Shown: positions 55,303-64,000 of the stretch, piece by piece
Position numbering within the stretch: the stretch's first letter is position 1
Layout: each line of letters starts with the position of its first letter
NCBI GenBank assembly: GCA_963617535.1
Contig: CAVEPD010000001.1
Span: 1,914 to 65,913, forward strand
DNA: 64,000 bases
Origin: a bacterium
Lineage (GTDB): Bacteria; Bacillota_I; Bacilli_A; RFN20; CAG-826
Reading direction: 5' to 3'
The notes under the pieces: generated by a model
What the model was told of the DNA's origin: nothing
Database searches by the model: none
What the model saw: only the letters and a program-made list of their open reading frames with translations
Translations under genes and position numbers: made by a program

Positions 55303-56642
55303 TTTGGTTTTTCCTTGGCTTTCTTGTTCGCGAGGATAAGCCAAATAGACGGGATAATCGTCAATAAGCAAGAGATGCAGGTCACGAGGAACATCCATTG
55401 ATCTGGCGTTTTTGTTTCTTGCCCATAGGCGTCCAGACCGGGTTGCTGGAAGACCGTCAAAGAGATGTTGCTCCCGATAATCATGGGGAGCATTACCGCG
55501 AAGACCATGCGCACGCCTTGCAAAGACCCCGCTTTCTCCTCCGGGGTTTGGTCGCGGATTTCTGCGCCTAGAACCGCGGTGCCAACGAGATAGCCAAGCA
55601 TTAAGAGACAGCCCCCGAGAATTAACCCCCAAGGGGCCTGGCTTAAAAAGAGCAGGAGAGCGCCGCTAGCCATGACTAGAATCGCGGGGATCAGGACTTT
55701 CAAATGCCCAATCTTATCGAGGAAAGCACCGATGGCAATGGAACCTATAACCGCCACAGCGACGATGATTCCCATCGCAAGATAGAAATTCACCTCTTCG
55801 AAGCTTTGGAAATAGACCATGTAGTAGGGCATAAAGGAATCGACGGCGATATTGAAGAAAAGGAAAGCGAGAAGGGCGATATAGAAACGTCCATGTTTCT
55901 TAATGGAGCTTGGCAAGAAGCCATAGGCGAGATTTTTGAAATAGCCACTTCTTTGATCTTTGATTGCCTTGTCTTTTGGAAGAATAAAGAAACTAGCCAC
56001 CCCAACTAGAGTGGTGATGACGCCGCAAACGAGGAAGAAATAGAGCCATGGACTTGAGACGCGCGAAGCGTATTCAGCCATTGTTTCTGCGTCTAACTTA
56101 GTACCGGGAACCCCGAAAATCATCCCAATCCCCATCATCATGATCAAAGCGACGAGGGGCAAAACGGAAAGGACGGTTTCAACGAATGGGCGGTTCTTCT
56201 CATTGGTTTGCTCAGTGACCATCGCGTTGAAACAAGCGTCATTTCCAGTTGAGCCTAGGAAGGTCATCACACAGTCGATGATTACGTTCATAATCCCAAC
56301 CCAAAGGAGAGCGTTTGTCCCCTCTCCGCATATGCTCACCCCATTTTGAAGAGAAGCGAGCGCAAAGGCGAAGACAAAGAAGCCCCAGATGGTGTAGCCT
56401 CCTGCGATGAAGATTCTTCTTTTGCCAAGGCGATCAGACAGGGCGCCCATCAAGAAGGTCGTCACAGTAGCGACAATCGCGCTAGCTACGGTCATCCAAT
56501 TGATGAAATCCGCGCGGCCTGATTGGGAATAGACCCATAGATTGATGTAATTGTTCTCAATAGCCCAGGCTAATTGCCCTGCAAGTCCCACCAAAATGAA
56601 AGCGATCCATTTTTTCGCGCCGAGTTTTTTATTGTCGTCCAT
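55293..56642 (-). CDS. MFS-type transporter
   Basis: 449 aa with about 12 TMs. A motif-A-like loop (GALSDRLGKRR) is present. The 3' end overlaps the convergent lipoprotein gene by 10 nt. Confidence 0.8.
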   Translation of the reverse strand: MDDNKKLGAKKWIAFILVGLAGQLAWAIENNYINLWVYSQSGRADFINWMTVASAIVATVTTFLMGALSDRLGKRRIFIAGGYTIWGFFVFAFALASLQNGVSICGEGTNALLWVGIMNVIIDCVMTFLGSTGNDACFNAMVTEQTNEKNRPFVETVLSVLPLVALIMMMGIGMIFGVPGTKLDAETMAEYASRVSSPWLYFFLVCGVITTLVGVASFFILPKDKAIKDQRSGYFKNLAYGFLPSSIKKHGRFYIALLAFLFFNIAVDSFMPYYMVYFQSFEEVNFYLAMGIIVAVAVIGSIAIGAFLDKIGHLKVLIPAILVMASGALLLFLSQAPWGLILGGCLLMLGYLVGTAVLGAEIRDQTPEEKAGSLQGVRMVFAVMLPMIIGSNISLTVFQQPGLDAYGQETKTPDQWMFLVTCISCLLTIIPSIWLILANKKAKEKPNQD

Positions 56643-56719
56643 GCTTATCCGCCTCTTTTGATTGATTATACGAAGCGTGGTGGAAGATAGAAGCGAAAAT
56701 CGCTATCATTAAAGCACAT

Positions 56720-57397
56720 ATGGATAACTCTATTTTCGCCACCATCCCGGTGACTGCTTACGTTTTCTTTGGTTTGTCGGTCCTTGCGACGATCGTGGAA
56801 CTTTATTTTGCCTTCGTTGAGAATGAGCTTGGCAGAAAAATCACGAAATGCTTCTGCGTGGGCTTTTTGGTTGCGATGGCCGCATGTTGGAAAAGCGATG
56901 CTTGGCCGATTTATGTTGGCGCCGCTTTAGGGGTACTTGGGGACTTCCTTTTGCTTAAGAAGCACAAGGTCTATCCGATGGTCTTCGGGACCTTTTCCTT
57001 TTTCCTCGGGCATATCTTTTATATTGTAGGATATTGCTTGATATGCTCTTTCCCATGGGAAGTTTATGTGGGTTTTGCGGTGTTTTACATCCTTTTCTGC
57101 TTCTTGGGATATCATGTTATCCACAAGGCCGTCAAAGAGCCCCATATGGCTTTTGGGGCAACCATATATTTCGGGATGCTCGTCTTGGATTTCCTCTTTG
57201 CCGTGGTTGGATGCTTCTTTGGGAAATTCGAGTTCCTCTTCCTCTGCGCTTTGGGCGGGGTGAGCTTCATCGTTTCGGACTGTTTCTTAATCAAAACATC
57301 CTTCATAAGGGACGTCAAAAGAAGAGACTTCTTCATCATGGGCACCTACGTCTTGGCGCAAGCGCTTATCATCATCGGACTTTGCCTTACTTGGTAA
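56720..57397 (+). CDS. YhhN (lysoplasmalogenase-like) family membrane protein
   Basis: 225 aa with about 8 TMs. It contains LGDFLLL and VSFIVSDCFL segments typical of YhhN proteins. Confidence 0.55.
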   Translation: MDNSIFATIPVTAYVFFGLSVLATIVELYFAFVENELGRKITKCFCVGFLVAMAACWKSDAWPIYVGAALGVLGDFLLLKKHKVYPMVFGTFSFFLGHIFYIVGYCLICSFPWEVYVGFAVFYILFCFLGYHVIHKAVKEPHMAFGATIYFGMLVLDFLFAVVGCFFGKFEFLFLCALGGVSFIVSDCFLIKTSFIRDVKRRDFFIMGTYVLAQALIIIGLCLTW

Positions 57398-57977
57398 GAA
57401 GATATTCTTTGAGCTTTTGGGACGCCTTCCCGCGGTGTGAATATTTGTTTTTAATTTCTTCGCTGGCCGTCCCGAAATCCTCGTCTGCTTCATAACTGTG
57501 GAATATTGGGTCGTAACCGAATCCTTTGCTTCCTTTAGCTTCAAGAAGTATTTCTCCGGGGCAGACGCCTTCAAAGAACAAAGGCTCTTCACCCTTGCCT
57601 GGAATCAGACATAAGCAGCAATGAAACGCGGCCTTGCGATTTTCTTGGCCCTTAAGATTGGCGAAGACCGTATCGAAAACGGCGGGGAAGCCGCCTTGTT
57701 CCTTTGCGTATCTTGCCGTGTGAATACCAGGCTCATTTCCCATGGCCTCGATTTCAATGCCCGAATCATCCGCAAGGACGGGAAGACTCGTCTGCAAGGA
57801 AGCGTCGTGAGCTTTGATATAACTGTTCTCTTTGTAGGTTTTCCCGTTCTCGATGGGATTAGAGACGATACCTGCCTCTTTTAAAGAAATTACTTTGTAT
57901 CCGATGGGGCCAAGGAGATCTACAAACTCCTTCACTTTGCCCTGGTTGCTGGTTGCTAGAATAATAGTTTTTTGCAT
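57387..57977 (-). CDS. rdgB: Non-canonical purine NTP pyrophosphatase (RdgB/HAM1)
   Basis: 196 aa. The sequence shows IILATSNQGKVKEF, ..ADDSGIE.. and ..GFGYDPIF..SHR, which are the RdgB signature segments. Confidence 0.9.
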   Translation of the reverse strand: MQKTIILATSNQGKVKEFVDLLGPIGYKVISLKEAGIVSNPIENGKTYKENSYIKAHDASLQTSLPVLADDSGIEIEAMGNEPGIHTARYAKEQGGFPAVFDTVFANLKGQENRKAAFHCCLCLIPGKGEEPLFFEGVCPGEILLEAKGSKGFGYDPIFHSYEADEDFGTASEEIKNKYSHRGKASQKLKEYLLTK

Positions 57978-58035
57978 GCGTATAAGGATATATTGTTTAA
58001 CTAGGTTTTGCAGGGTTTTTAATTGATTTGCTCAT

Positions 58036-58060
58036 AAAAGAAAACCCCGCAAACCGGGGC
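58036..58060 (-). terminator. Terminator after the tRNA pair
   Basis: The minus strand reads CCCCG-gtttg-CGGGG followed by TTTTCTTTT. Confidence 0.6.
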
Positions 58061-58072
58061 TTAATTCGCTGT

Positions 58073-58146
58073 TGGAGCAGGTGACGGGAATCGGACCCGC
58101 ATAACCAGCTTGGAAGGCTGGTGTTCTACCACTGAACTACACCTGC
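58073..58146 (-). tRNA. tRNA-Gly (anticodon UCC), CCA encoded
   Basis: Acceptor stem GCAGGTG/CACCTGC and anticodon loop CTTCCAA. Total length is 74 nt. The T-loop reads TCCGATT, which puts a non-canonical C at position 55. Confidence 0.88.
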
Positions 58147-58151
58147 AGCTT

Positions 58152-58228
58152 TGGCGGACCATACGAGATTCGAACTCGTGATCTTCTCCGTGACAGGGAG
58201 ACATGTTAGGCCGCTACACCAATGGTCC
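58152..58228 (-). tRNA. tRNA-Asp (anticodon GUC), CCA encoded
   Basis: Acceptor stem GGACCAT/ATGGTCC, anticodon loop CTGTCAC, and T-arm ACGAG-TTCGAAT-CTCGT. Total length is 77 nt. Confidence 0.9.
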
Positions 58229-58240
58229 GTAGCGGGGCTT

Positions 58241-58268
58241 AATATATCACAAAAAGGCTTGTTGTCCA
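58241..58268 (-). promoter_or_regulatory. Candidate extended -10 promoter of the tRNA-Asp/tRNA-Gly unit
   Basis: The minus strand reads TGGACA, a 16-nt spacer ending in TGA, then TATATT. The -10 box ends about 12 nt before the mature tRNA-Asp 5' end. Confidence 0.5.
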
Positions 58269-58295
58269 ACGCTTTTTTGCAAAGCCCGCGGGTGC

Positions 58296-58598
58296 TTAGA
58301 TGCCGAGGAATTTCTTGAATCCGGCTTCGGGAAGGTAGCCGACGTTCCTCTTAACCTCTTTGCCGTCTTTGAAGATGATGACGGTGGGGATGGAGAAGAC
58401 GCCTAGTTTCTCACAGGGCGAGGGGACCTCATCAACGTCAAGAGAAAGGATGTTGAGTTCTGGATGCTCCTCGGCGATTTTCTCGATGATGGGCTTAAGC
58501 ATTTGGCAAGGGCCGCACCAAGTGGCATTAAAGTCGACGATCGCTTCGCCTTTAATCTCGTTATTGAATTCGTCTGCGCTATGAATAATTTTGACCAT
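58296..58598 (-). CDS. trxA: Thioredoxin
   Basis: 100 aa with the WCGPC active site. Confidence 0.92.
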   Translation of the reverse strand: MVKIIHSADEFNNEIKGEAIVDFNATWCGPCQMLKPIIEKIAEEHPELNILSLDVDEVPSPCEKLGVFSIPTVIIFKDGKEVKRNVGYLPEAGFKKFLGI

Positions 58599-58609
58599 GA
58601 TTGTTCTCC

Positions 58610-59524
58610 TTATAGTTCAAATATTAAGTAAAAGATCGCGAAAATGATAGCGATATGCATCGGATAATAAATGTAGGTGGAGATGCGGAACGCCTTGCTG
58701 TCCGGCCCTCTTTTGCCGTTATAGAGAAGAATCGGCAAAATGGCGAGCAAGCACCATGATTCGGCAACTTGGCCGGTTTGGCTTGCGTGCATGACCACGA
58801 CATCGAACTGAATCCCTGGAATATATGAGATGCCCCAACTAATGATGGTCACTAAAAACAAGACGCAGGCACTGAGCATGTTAAGCAAGCCTTGGTAGGA
58901 CTTTGTTTCCTGAAAGGATTCTAGGGATTGCCCGGAGCCATCGAGGTATTTCGCGGAGATTTTGTCCACGATGCTCTTCGCGTAATAAAAGCCCACGACC
59001 ATTGAAAAGCCGAATAATGAGTAGCCTGGGGCCAAGAAATAAGGGGCGTTTGATAGGCTTGGGATATTGATAACGCAAACTTGGAAGGCATAGGAACCTA
59101 GAACAAGGACAAGGGGGATTAAAGCAAATAGCTTCTTCTTTCCCTGAAGATAATTAAGGCAATAAAGGAAAACCCCTCCAACCAAAAGATCAGCAAAGGC
59201 ATTGCTCGAAGTCTTGATCTCGGTGAAGCCGAAGCCGTAGTAAAGAATGGTTTGCGCGATGAGAATAAGTGCCCACATCAAGCCGAGGCGAAGAAGGTAT
59301 TTCTCTTTATGATGGCTCTTGCGAATCCCTTCCGCGAGCATGAAAGCAAACAAGGGGAAAGCGATTCTCCCTAGGGTGCGGAAGATGATTCCAACCGTGT
59401 TCGCGCTTCCTAGGTAAGTGAGCAAAAACAAGCCTACGTGATCGAGGGTCATGAAAATCAAAGCGAGGATCTTTAAGACCAATTCGTTGAGGATTTGCGC
59501 CTTTTCTCTCCAGGTTTCGTTCAT
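58610..59524 (-). CDS. TraX family membrane protein
   Basis: 304 aa and polytopic. The N-terminal LKILALIFMTLDHVG segment is typical of TraX proteins. Confidence 0.65.
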   Translation of the reverse strand: MNETWREKAQILNELVLKILALIFMTLDHVGLFLLTYLGSANTVGIIFRTLGRIAFPLFAFMLAEGIRKSHHKEKYLLRLGLMWALILIAQTILYYGFGFTEIKTSSNAFADLLVGGVFLYCLNYLQGKKKLFALIPLVLVLGSYAFQVCVINIPSLSNAPYFLAPGYSLFGFSMVVGFYYAKSIVDKISAKYLDGSGQSLESFQETKSYQGLLNMLSACVLFLVTIISWGISYIPGIQFDVVVMHASQTGQVAESWCLLAILPILLYNGKRGPDSKAFRISTYIYYPMHIAIIFAIFYLIFEL

Positions 59525-59525
59525 T

Positions 59526-60404
59526 TTATTTTCCCTGCACGATGATGAGGATGACGGATTGGAGATTGTTCAACGCGTGCCCAACCCAGGATCCGCAGAT
59601 GCCAAACTTGTCATAAAGGAAGCAAAGGACGGCTCCGGAAACTAGGTAATTCGGCAGGGAGATGAGCTCGGAAATGATTCCTTCGCTTCCGATTTTCGTG
59701 AAGTCGAAATGGATGAAGGCAAACACGAGGATCCCTAAGATATAACCCGCCCATTTGCCTAGTCTCGAGGCGAGTCCGAAAAGACCGACGCGATAAGCGA
59801 GCTCTTCTGTGAATGGCCCGATGAGACCAATGACGAACGCGCAGGCTACCGGTCCATAAAGCACCATTGAGACGACGTTGCTTTGATTCACGTTATCTCC
59901 GGGCACGCTCGTTCCGTTGGCGTTGAATATCGCGTTGATGATTAGGTTATAGGCAATGGAGAAAACCATAATCACCGCATAACCGATGAAACCAGCGACG
60001 TAGGCTTTCCAATTTTTGAAGGAAGCCCTGACGTTCTTCCAATCTTTCCAAAGAAGAAGGCCCATCACCGCAAATAGGAGGGGATAGGCGAAAACATAGG
60101 TCCAGAAAAGTCCTTCTCCGCTGCTTAGATAAGCGCTTTGATCGGCGGGTCTAGCCACTAAAAGAACAATGAGTTCGATAAAGAAAACCAAAACGGATAG
60201 GCCGAACAGCCCCAAAGCGATGAAACCGACCTCTTTCAAGGGGCTGACGTGCAGAAAATTTTTGAAGCTAAGCGAACGCTTGTCGGGGTTTTTCGCGCCG
60301 CAATTTGGGCAAGAATCTAGGGTAGGGTCACATTTGCATCCGCACTCTTGGCAAACCCTCCTCGCAAAGTAGATTTTCGGACTTGAATGCTGATTTCCTG
60401 CCAT
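59526..60404 (-). CDS. CPBP family intramembrane metalloprotease with an N-terminal zinc ribbon
   Basis: 292 aa. It has a CQECGC...CPNCG ribbon and canonical CPBP motifs: FTEELAYR (EExxxR), FAFIHF (FxxxH) and HALNN (HxxxN). Confidence 0.8.
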   Translation of the reverse strand: MAGNQHSSPKIYFARRVCQECGCKCDPTLDSCPNCGAKNPDKRSLSFKNFLHVSPLKEVGFIALGLFGLSVLVFFIELIVLLVARPADQSAYLSSGEGLFWTYVFAYPLLFAVMGLLLWKDWKNVRASFKNWKAYVAGFIGYAVIMVFSIAYNLIINAIFNANGTSVPGDNVNQSNVVSMVLYGPVACAFVIGLIGPFTEELAYRVGLFGLASRLGKWAGYILGILVFAFIHFDFTKIGSEGIISELISLPNYLVSGAVLCFLYDKFGICGSWVGHALNNLQSVILIIVQGK

Positions 60405-60511
60405 AACGCGGAAAACTATATCACAGGGTGATAAAAAGGGGATTACTCAATAATTTTATGTGCGTACGCGCGCTTGCGCGAAAGCCCTTTCTACCGCATA
60501 ATTTTGACTAT

Positions 60512-63500
60512 ATGGAACCTTTACTCAAACTGGCCTGTCTAATCGACACGCAGAGCATTCTCAAATACGTCAATATCGGTTTGACCGTGCTCCTTATCCT
60601 CGTTCTCGGGGTGCTGGTACTGGTTTTCTTAAGAGGACTTCTAAGAGGCTGGAAATACGGCACCTACCGTTTGATTTTCTTCGCAATCATGGTGACCGTC
60701 GTCTTGGCCACCCTTGGGGCGCAGGCGAATGCCTTAGGAGGGATGGATCTGACGAGATTTAACCTTCCTAGTCTGAATTTCACCCTCACGATCGACGAGG
60801 TGGAGCATGCGATTTCCGTCAAGTGGACGACCTTGCAGGACAGTTTGGAAGATCTCATCATCCAAGTCGCCGAAGCCTTTGGGGCGAATGGCAGCTATTC
60901 CGGGATGCTCTCTTACGCGAGCGTTCTTGCGACCTCGTTCATTAAGCTTCTCTTGATTTTCTTTTGGGGCATTCTTCTTTCCACTCTTGGTTTGCTCCTC
61001 ATCATGTTGCTTTGGCACATCATCTTCAAACGTTTCACTCCGATCGACCGAAGGAAAATCAAGAAGCTTCGTGTGGTTTCCGCCTTTGAAGAACTTCTTA
61101 TCGGCGCGGCTTGCCTAGGCATGCTCCTCTCCCCTTTCACGAGCATCGTGAACTCAATGAATAGCAACTTCAAAGTCGAGGATGAGCAAGCGAAACAAAA
61201 CGAGACCGTCTCGATGATCACCGACATCCTTGGCGTCTATGACCAAAGCGCCTTTGCTAAGACCTTCTTCTCCTGGAATTCGATGGATGGCTCGACCACT
61301 TTCGATCAGCAGCTTATTTCCTTCTTGACCCAAAGCGAGGTCAAGGAAGTCAAAACGGATCTGGTCTCGGAAATCTCCGCGATTGCGAACGTCTCCTCCA
61401 AAGCCATCAATGCGGGACTTCTTTCGGCGCAGGGAAGCGAGGGCATCCGGTGGTATTTGCTTCTTTCTTCTTCCTCAATCCCTGAGCTCATCTATGCCTT
61501 ATCGGAGACGAAGCTCATCCAATGCGCTTTGCCTTTCGCTGTCTCTTTGGCCGTCAATCTCGACGCGGTTAAGAGCGTCCTCGGCGAAGAAACCTGCAAA
61601 TATCTTTCGGATACGGAAGTCGACTGGACGGAAGCCATTCAATCCATGAGCCGCATCTATGAGAATATTCTTGATGCCGGCATCATCGACTGCGTGGTAG
61701 ATGTTGAAAACGGCTCTGCCACTCCAATGTTTGATTGGACTCAGCTTCAGTACGTTTTCTCTGGCAAGGACGCGAACGGGAATGAACGCGATGCGAAGAC
61801 GGCCATGCATAATCTCACCTCGGAATTCGAGGATTCCGCGCTTTTCTCTCACCTTATGGCGGGCTTGCTAAGCCAATTAGGGAAAACCGAGCTAGAAAAG
61901 GAAACACGTGCCGACCTTTCGATTCTTGATTTCTTGCCTCTTGCCGAGGATGGGAAAAGCATCGATTACCAAGCCCTCGTGAATTTAAATTACACGAAGG
62001 AGTTCAATCTCCTTTATGACACGATCTACTCAATTAACGACGTCTCTCCCGAAGTCGTTAGTGGCGTCTTGGATCTCGTGCAGAATCCCCCGACGGAAGA
62101 GGACTCGCAGGATAAATACCGCAGCCTCCTTTCCAAAAGCGCCAAATACGCGGAGAGCTACGTTGAGCTTGTCGTTGGGGAAAGGGACGAGAATGGCGAG
62201 CCGAAAGACGATTCGAAGGATTGCTTATTCGATTCCGTCTTCGTGGGGAACGCCCTTCCTGCTTTGGTGCCTTACATTGAGAAGGCTGGCAGTTCTGCTT
62301 TGGATATGGATTTGAAGCTTACGAACACGAAGGAGGAGCTGAAGGGCTGGGAGTTAAAAGACTACAAGAGGGAATTCGGCGCTACTTTGGATGTCGCCGC
62401 AAAGTTTGCCTCGAGTGATGCCGGGCTCGCCTTCCTAGAAGACGGCACGGGGATGGCTTACAAAGACAAAAAGCTCATCTCCATCGACCCCGAGCTCGTG
62501 AAAGCCCTGCAAAACTCTCTTGAATTGGGCGACAAGTCCAAAATCATGACCGAGGCCTTGCCTCAAGTGGCCGAGAAGTACTTTGAGGACTTCAGGACAA
62601 CCCTTTCCGAATTCGGCATCGAGGACGTTGATTTCAAATGCGAGAATTTTGGATCGGAGCTTTCCTACCTTTTGAATCTCCTCTCCTATTCGGGCGACCT
62701 GATCTTGGCGCTTAATAATATCCAGGGGGCTTCCACGCATCTTATGGCGACGATGCTTCTAGAGGAAAAGGATTCCCTCGTCCGCGTCTTGGACATCTTC
62801 GCCGGCTCGAAGATCCTCAATCCGGTAGATTCGGACAGCGGGAAAACGAACATGAACATCGCTTCCTTACTGAATTACGTTTTCTCTTCCGCGGGTTTAG
62901 AGGATTTCAAGCTGGAAGCCGACGCTCTTGACGGGATGATCCTCGTCAGCGAACGCGTCAATAATGACATCGGAGGGGAAGTCACATCGCCTCATGAGAA
63001 CGCCTTGATCGTCGATGCCATCACCTCGGTCCCTCTTTCGGAGCTCATGGCCTTAGGGGGTGCAAGCAGTAGCGAGATGATGAAGGCTCTTTCGAAGATC
63101 GACGTAGAGACGCTTTTCACGAACATTGGCAAATCCGAGGTCATGCGCTCGGTCGCGGGCAGCGCGATGGACAAATATTTCACCTCCATGCTTGATGTGG
63201 GGGAAGGGGATGGCATCTCTTTCAAGAATCTGGTGACCGCCGAAGAATGGGAAAAGGAAGGGAGAACAATCCAAAAGATCGTGAACCTCGCCACGAACGG
63301 CATCGACATCAGCGATTTCGACATTAATGATGTTTCTCCAAGCCTGGTGAAGGATCTTTTCTCCAACCTGGCAAATAGCCAAATCTTCTTGAAGAAAACA
63401 ACGGGCGCGGATGGAACAGTCATGACAGAGTATATGTTCCCCAAGTTCTTCTCCTCGAAGATCCTCGGGATGCTCGATAAGGACTCTCTTCCGTATTTCT

Positions 63501-64000
63501 TAGACAAAGACGCAACCCTTCCTTCTGATTTGGATGACCTTGACGCGAAGAAAAATTCCTGCAAAACCTTCGTGGATAACTGCCTGGCTTTGGAGGAGGC
63601 TTCCGATTGGACCAAATCAGGAGGGGAAATCGATATTTTCTCCAAGGTCCTTAGCGGCGTGCAGTCTTTAGGGGGTTTCGCTTCCATTTCTTCTTTCTCT
63701 AGAGACAATTTGCCGAAGGTGCGTGGGCTCCTAGAGAACATCGCTTCCTCTTCTTGCTTTGGGCAGGTGCTTCTTGCGAATGCCTTAGGGCAGGCCCTTT
63801 CCTCCATGGGCTCTTCTACTTCTTCGTCTTCCTTGGATTTGTCTTTAGCGAATTCCGACGTCTTCTTTGACGGTGAATTCAAAGACGTGGAGGCGAGAAA
63901 AGGCGAAGTAGGAACATTGTGCGACGTTATGGATGTCCTCTTCGACCAAAACTATGGTTTGCTTAACGCGGATGGCAGCTTCAACGACAGCAGCCTCAAC
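60512..64000 (+). CDS. Giant membrane-anchored protein of unknown function, 5' partial view (continues beyond the window)
   Basis: My own translation of frame 2 from the ATG at 60512 gives 1,163 codons with no stop up to the window end. It is absent from the ORF track because it never closes. It has N-terminal TM helices (NIGLTVLLILVLGVLVLVF, LIFFAIMVTVVLATLG, LLLIFFWGILLSTLGLLLIMLLW, LLIGAACLGMLLSPF) followed by a long, helix-rich acidic region. Alternative in-frame starts are an ATG at 60458 and a GTG at 60428. Confidence 0.75.
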   Translation, partial: MEPLLKLACLIDTQSILKYVNIGLTVLLILVLGVLVLVFLRGLLRGWKYGTYRLIFFAIMVTVVLATLGAQANALGGMDLTRFNLPSLNFTLTIDEVEHAISVKWTTLQDSLEDLIIQVAEAFGANGSYSGMLSYASVLATSFIKLLLIFFWGILLSTLGLLLIMLLWHIIFKRFTPIDRRKIKKLRVVSAFEELLIGAACLGMLLSPFTSIVNSMNSNFKVEDEQAKQNETVSMITDILGVYDQSAFAKTFFSWNSMDGSTTFDQQLISFLTQSEVKEVKTDLVSEISAIANVSSKAINAGLLSAQGSEGIRWYLLLSSSSIPELIYALSETKLIQCALPFAVSLAVNLDAVKSVLGEETCKYLSDTEVDWTEAIQSMSRIYENILDAGIIDCVVDVENGSATPMFDWTQLQYVFSGKDANGNERDAKTAMHNLTSEFEDSALFSHLMAGLLSQLGKTELEKETRADLSILDFLPLAEDGKSIDYQALVNLNYTKEFNLLYDTIYSINDVSPEVVSGVLDLVQNPPTEEDSQDKYRSLLSKSAKYAESYVELVVGERDENGEPKDDSKDCLFDSVFVGNALPALVPYIEKAGSSALDMDLKLTNTKEELKGWELKDYKREFGATLDVAAKFASSDAGLAFLEDGTGMAYKDKKLISIDPELVKALQNSLELGDKSKIMTEALPQVAEKYFEDFRTTLSEFGIEDVDFKCENFGSELSYLLNLLSYSGDLILALNNIQGASTHLMATMLLEEKDSLVRVLDIFAGSKILNPVDSDSGKTNMNIASLLNYVFSSAGLEDFKLEADALDGMILVSERVNNDIGGEVTSPHENALIVDAITSVPLSELMALGGASSSEMMKALSKIDVETLFTNIGKSEVMRSVAGSAMDKYFTSMLDVGEGDGISFKNLVTAEEWEKEGRTIQKIVNLATNGIDISDFDINDVSPSLVKDLFSNLANSQIFLKKTTGADGTVMTEYMFPKFFSSKILGMLDKDSLPYFLDKDATLPSDLDDLDAKKNSCKTFVDNCLALEEASDWTKSGGEIDIFSKVLSGVQSLGGFASISSFSRDNLPKVRGLLENIASSSCFGQVLLANALGQALSSMGSSTSSSSLDLSLANSDVFFDGEFKDVEARKGEVGTLCDVMDVLFDQNYGLLNADGSFNDSSLN

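Noticed and set aside
62992-63882. 296-aa minus-strand ORF near the window end
   Set aside because: It lies antisense to the uninterrupted plus-strand ORF of more than 1,163 codons. It is Ser/Lys/Glu-rich low complexity with no start signals, so I treat it as a shadow.

Overview
This 64-kb segment looks chromosomal and densely coding, with about 50 protein genes and 3 tRNAs. I recognised no rRNA, CRISPR array, transposase, integrase or phage genes. By eye, the gene content points to a reduced-genome Bacillota or Mollicutes-like lineage that uses the standard genetic code: TGA terminates ORFs (for example at 12678) and Trp is TGG. Supporting signs are a ClpB that lacks the N-terminal domain and sits behind a perfect CIRCE operator, and four predicted lipoproteins whose lipoboxes (LLSC, MLSC, LSSC, ISGC) all end in [SG]-C. 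Giant orphan surface and membrane proteins, and convergent genes whose 3' ends overlap, fit the same picture.

Housekeeping genes I recognise are proS, plsX, hslO, clpB, pepC, pepF, trxA, rdgB, hypA, hypB, an Xaa-Pro aminopeptidase, an acyl-ACP thioesterase and a histidine phosphatase. Transport genes include a Na/Pi cotransporter, a MATE exporter, an MFS transporter, a heterodimeric ABC exporter and a YtrA-type GntR plus ABC module. There is also a cytoplasmic glycosidase pair (a GH2 beta-mannosidase plus a large 'PFWSWN' hydrolase), two CPBP proteases, and TraX and YhhN family proteins.

The most interesting items are:
1. An 8.3-kb minus-strand operon (42929-51281) encodes two collinear but strongly diverged ~1,200-aa paralogs and a bitopic partner. 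None has a recognisable domain, and a membrane-bound XRE regulator sits next to them.
2. An open-ended ORF of more than 1,163 codons (60512 to the window end) is missing from the supplied ORF track.
3. A Vsr-like endonuclease is fused to a MutX-type Nudix hydrolase, with no Dcm methyltransferase nearby.
4. A lipoprotein carries a C-terminal barnase-type RNase domain, with no barstar-like gene beside it.
5. A membrane protein has both its GGDEF and EAL domains degenerate.

All functional calls rest on motif and family recognition by eye. No database search was run.
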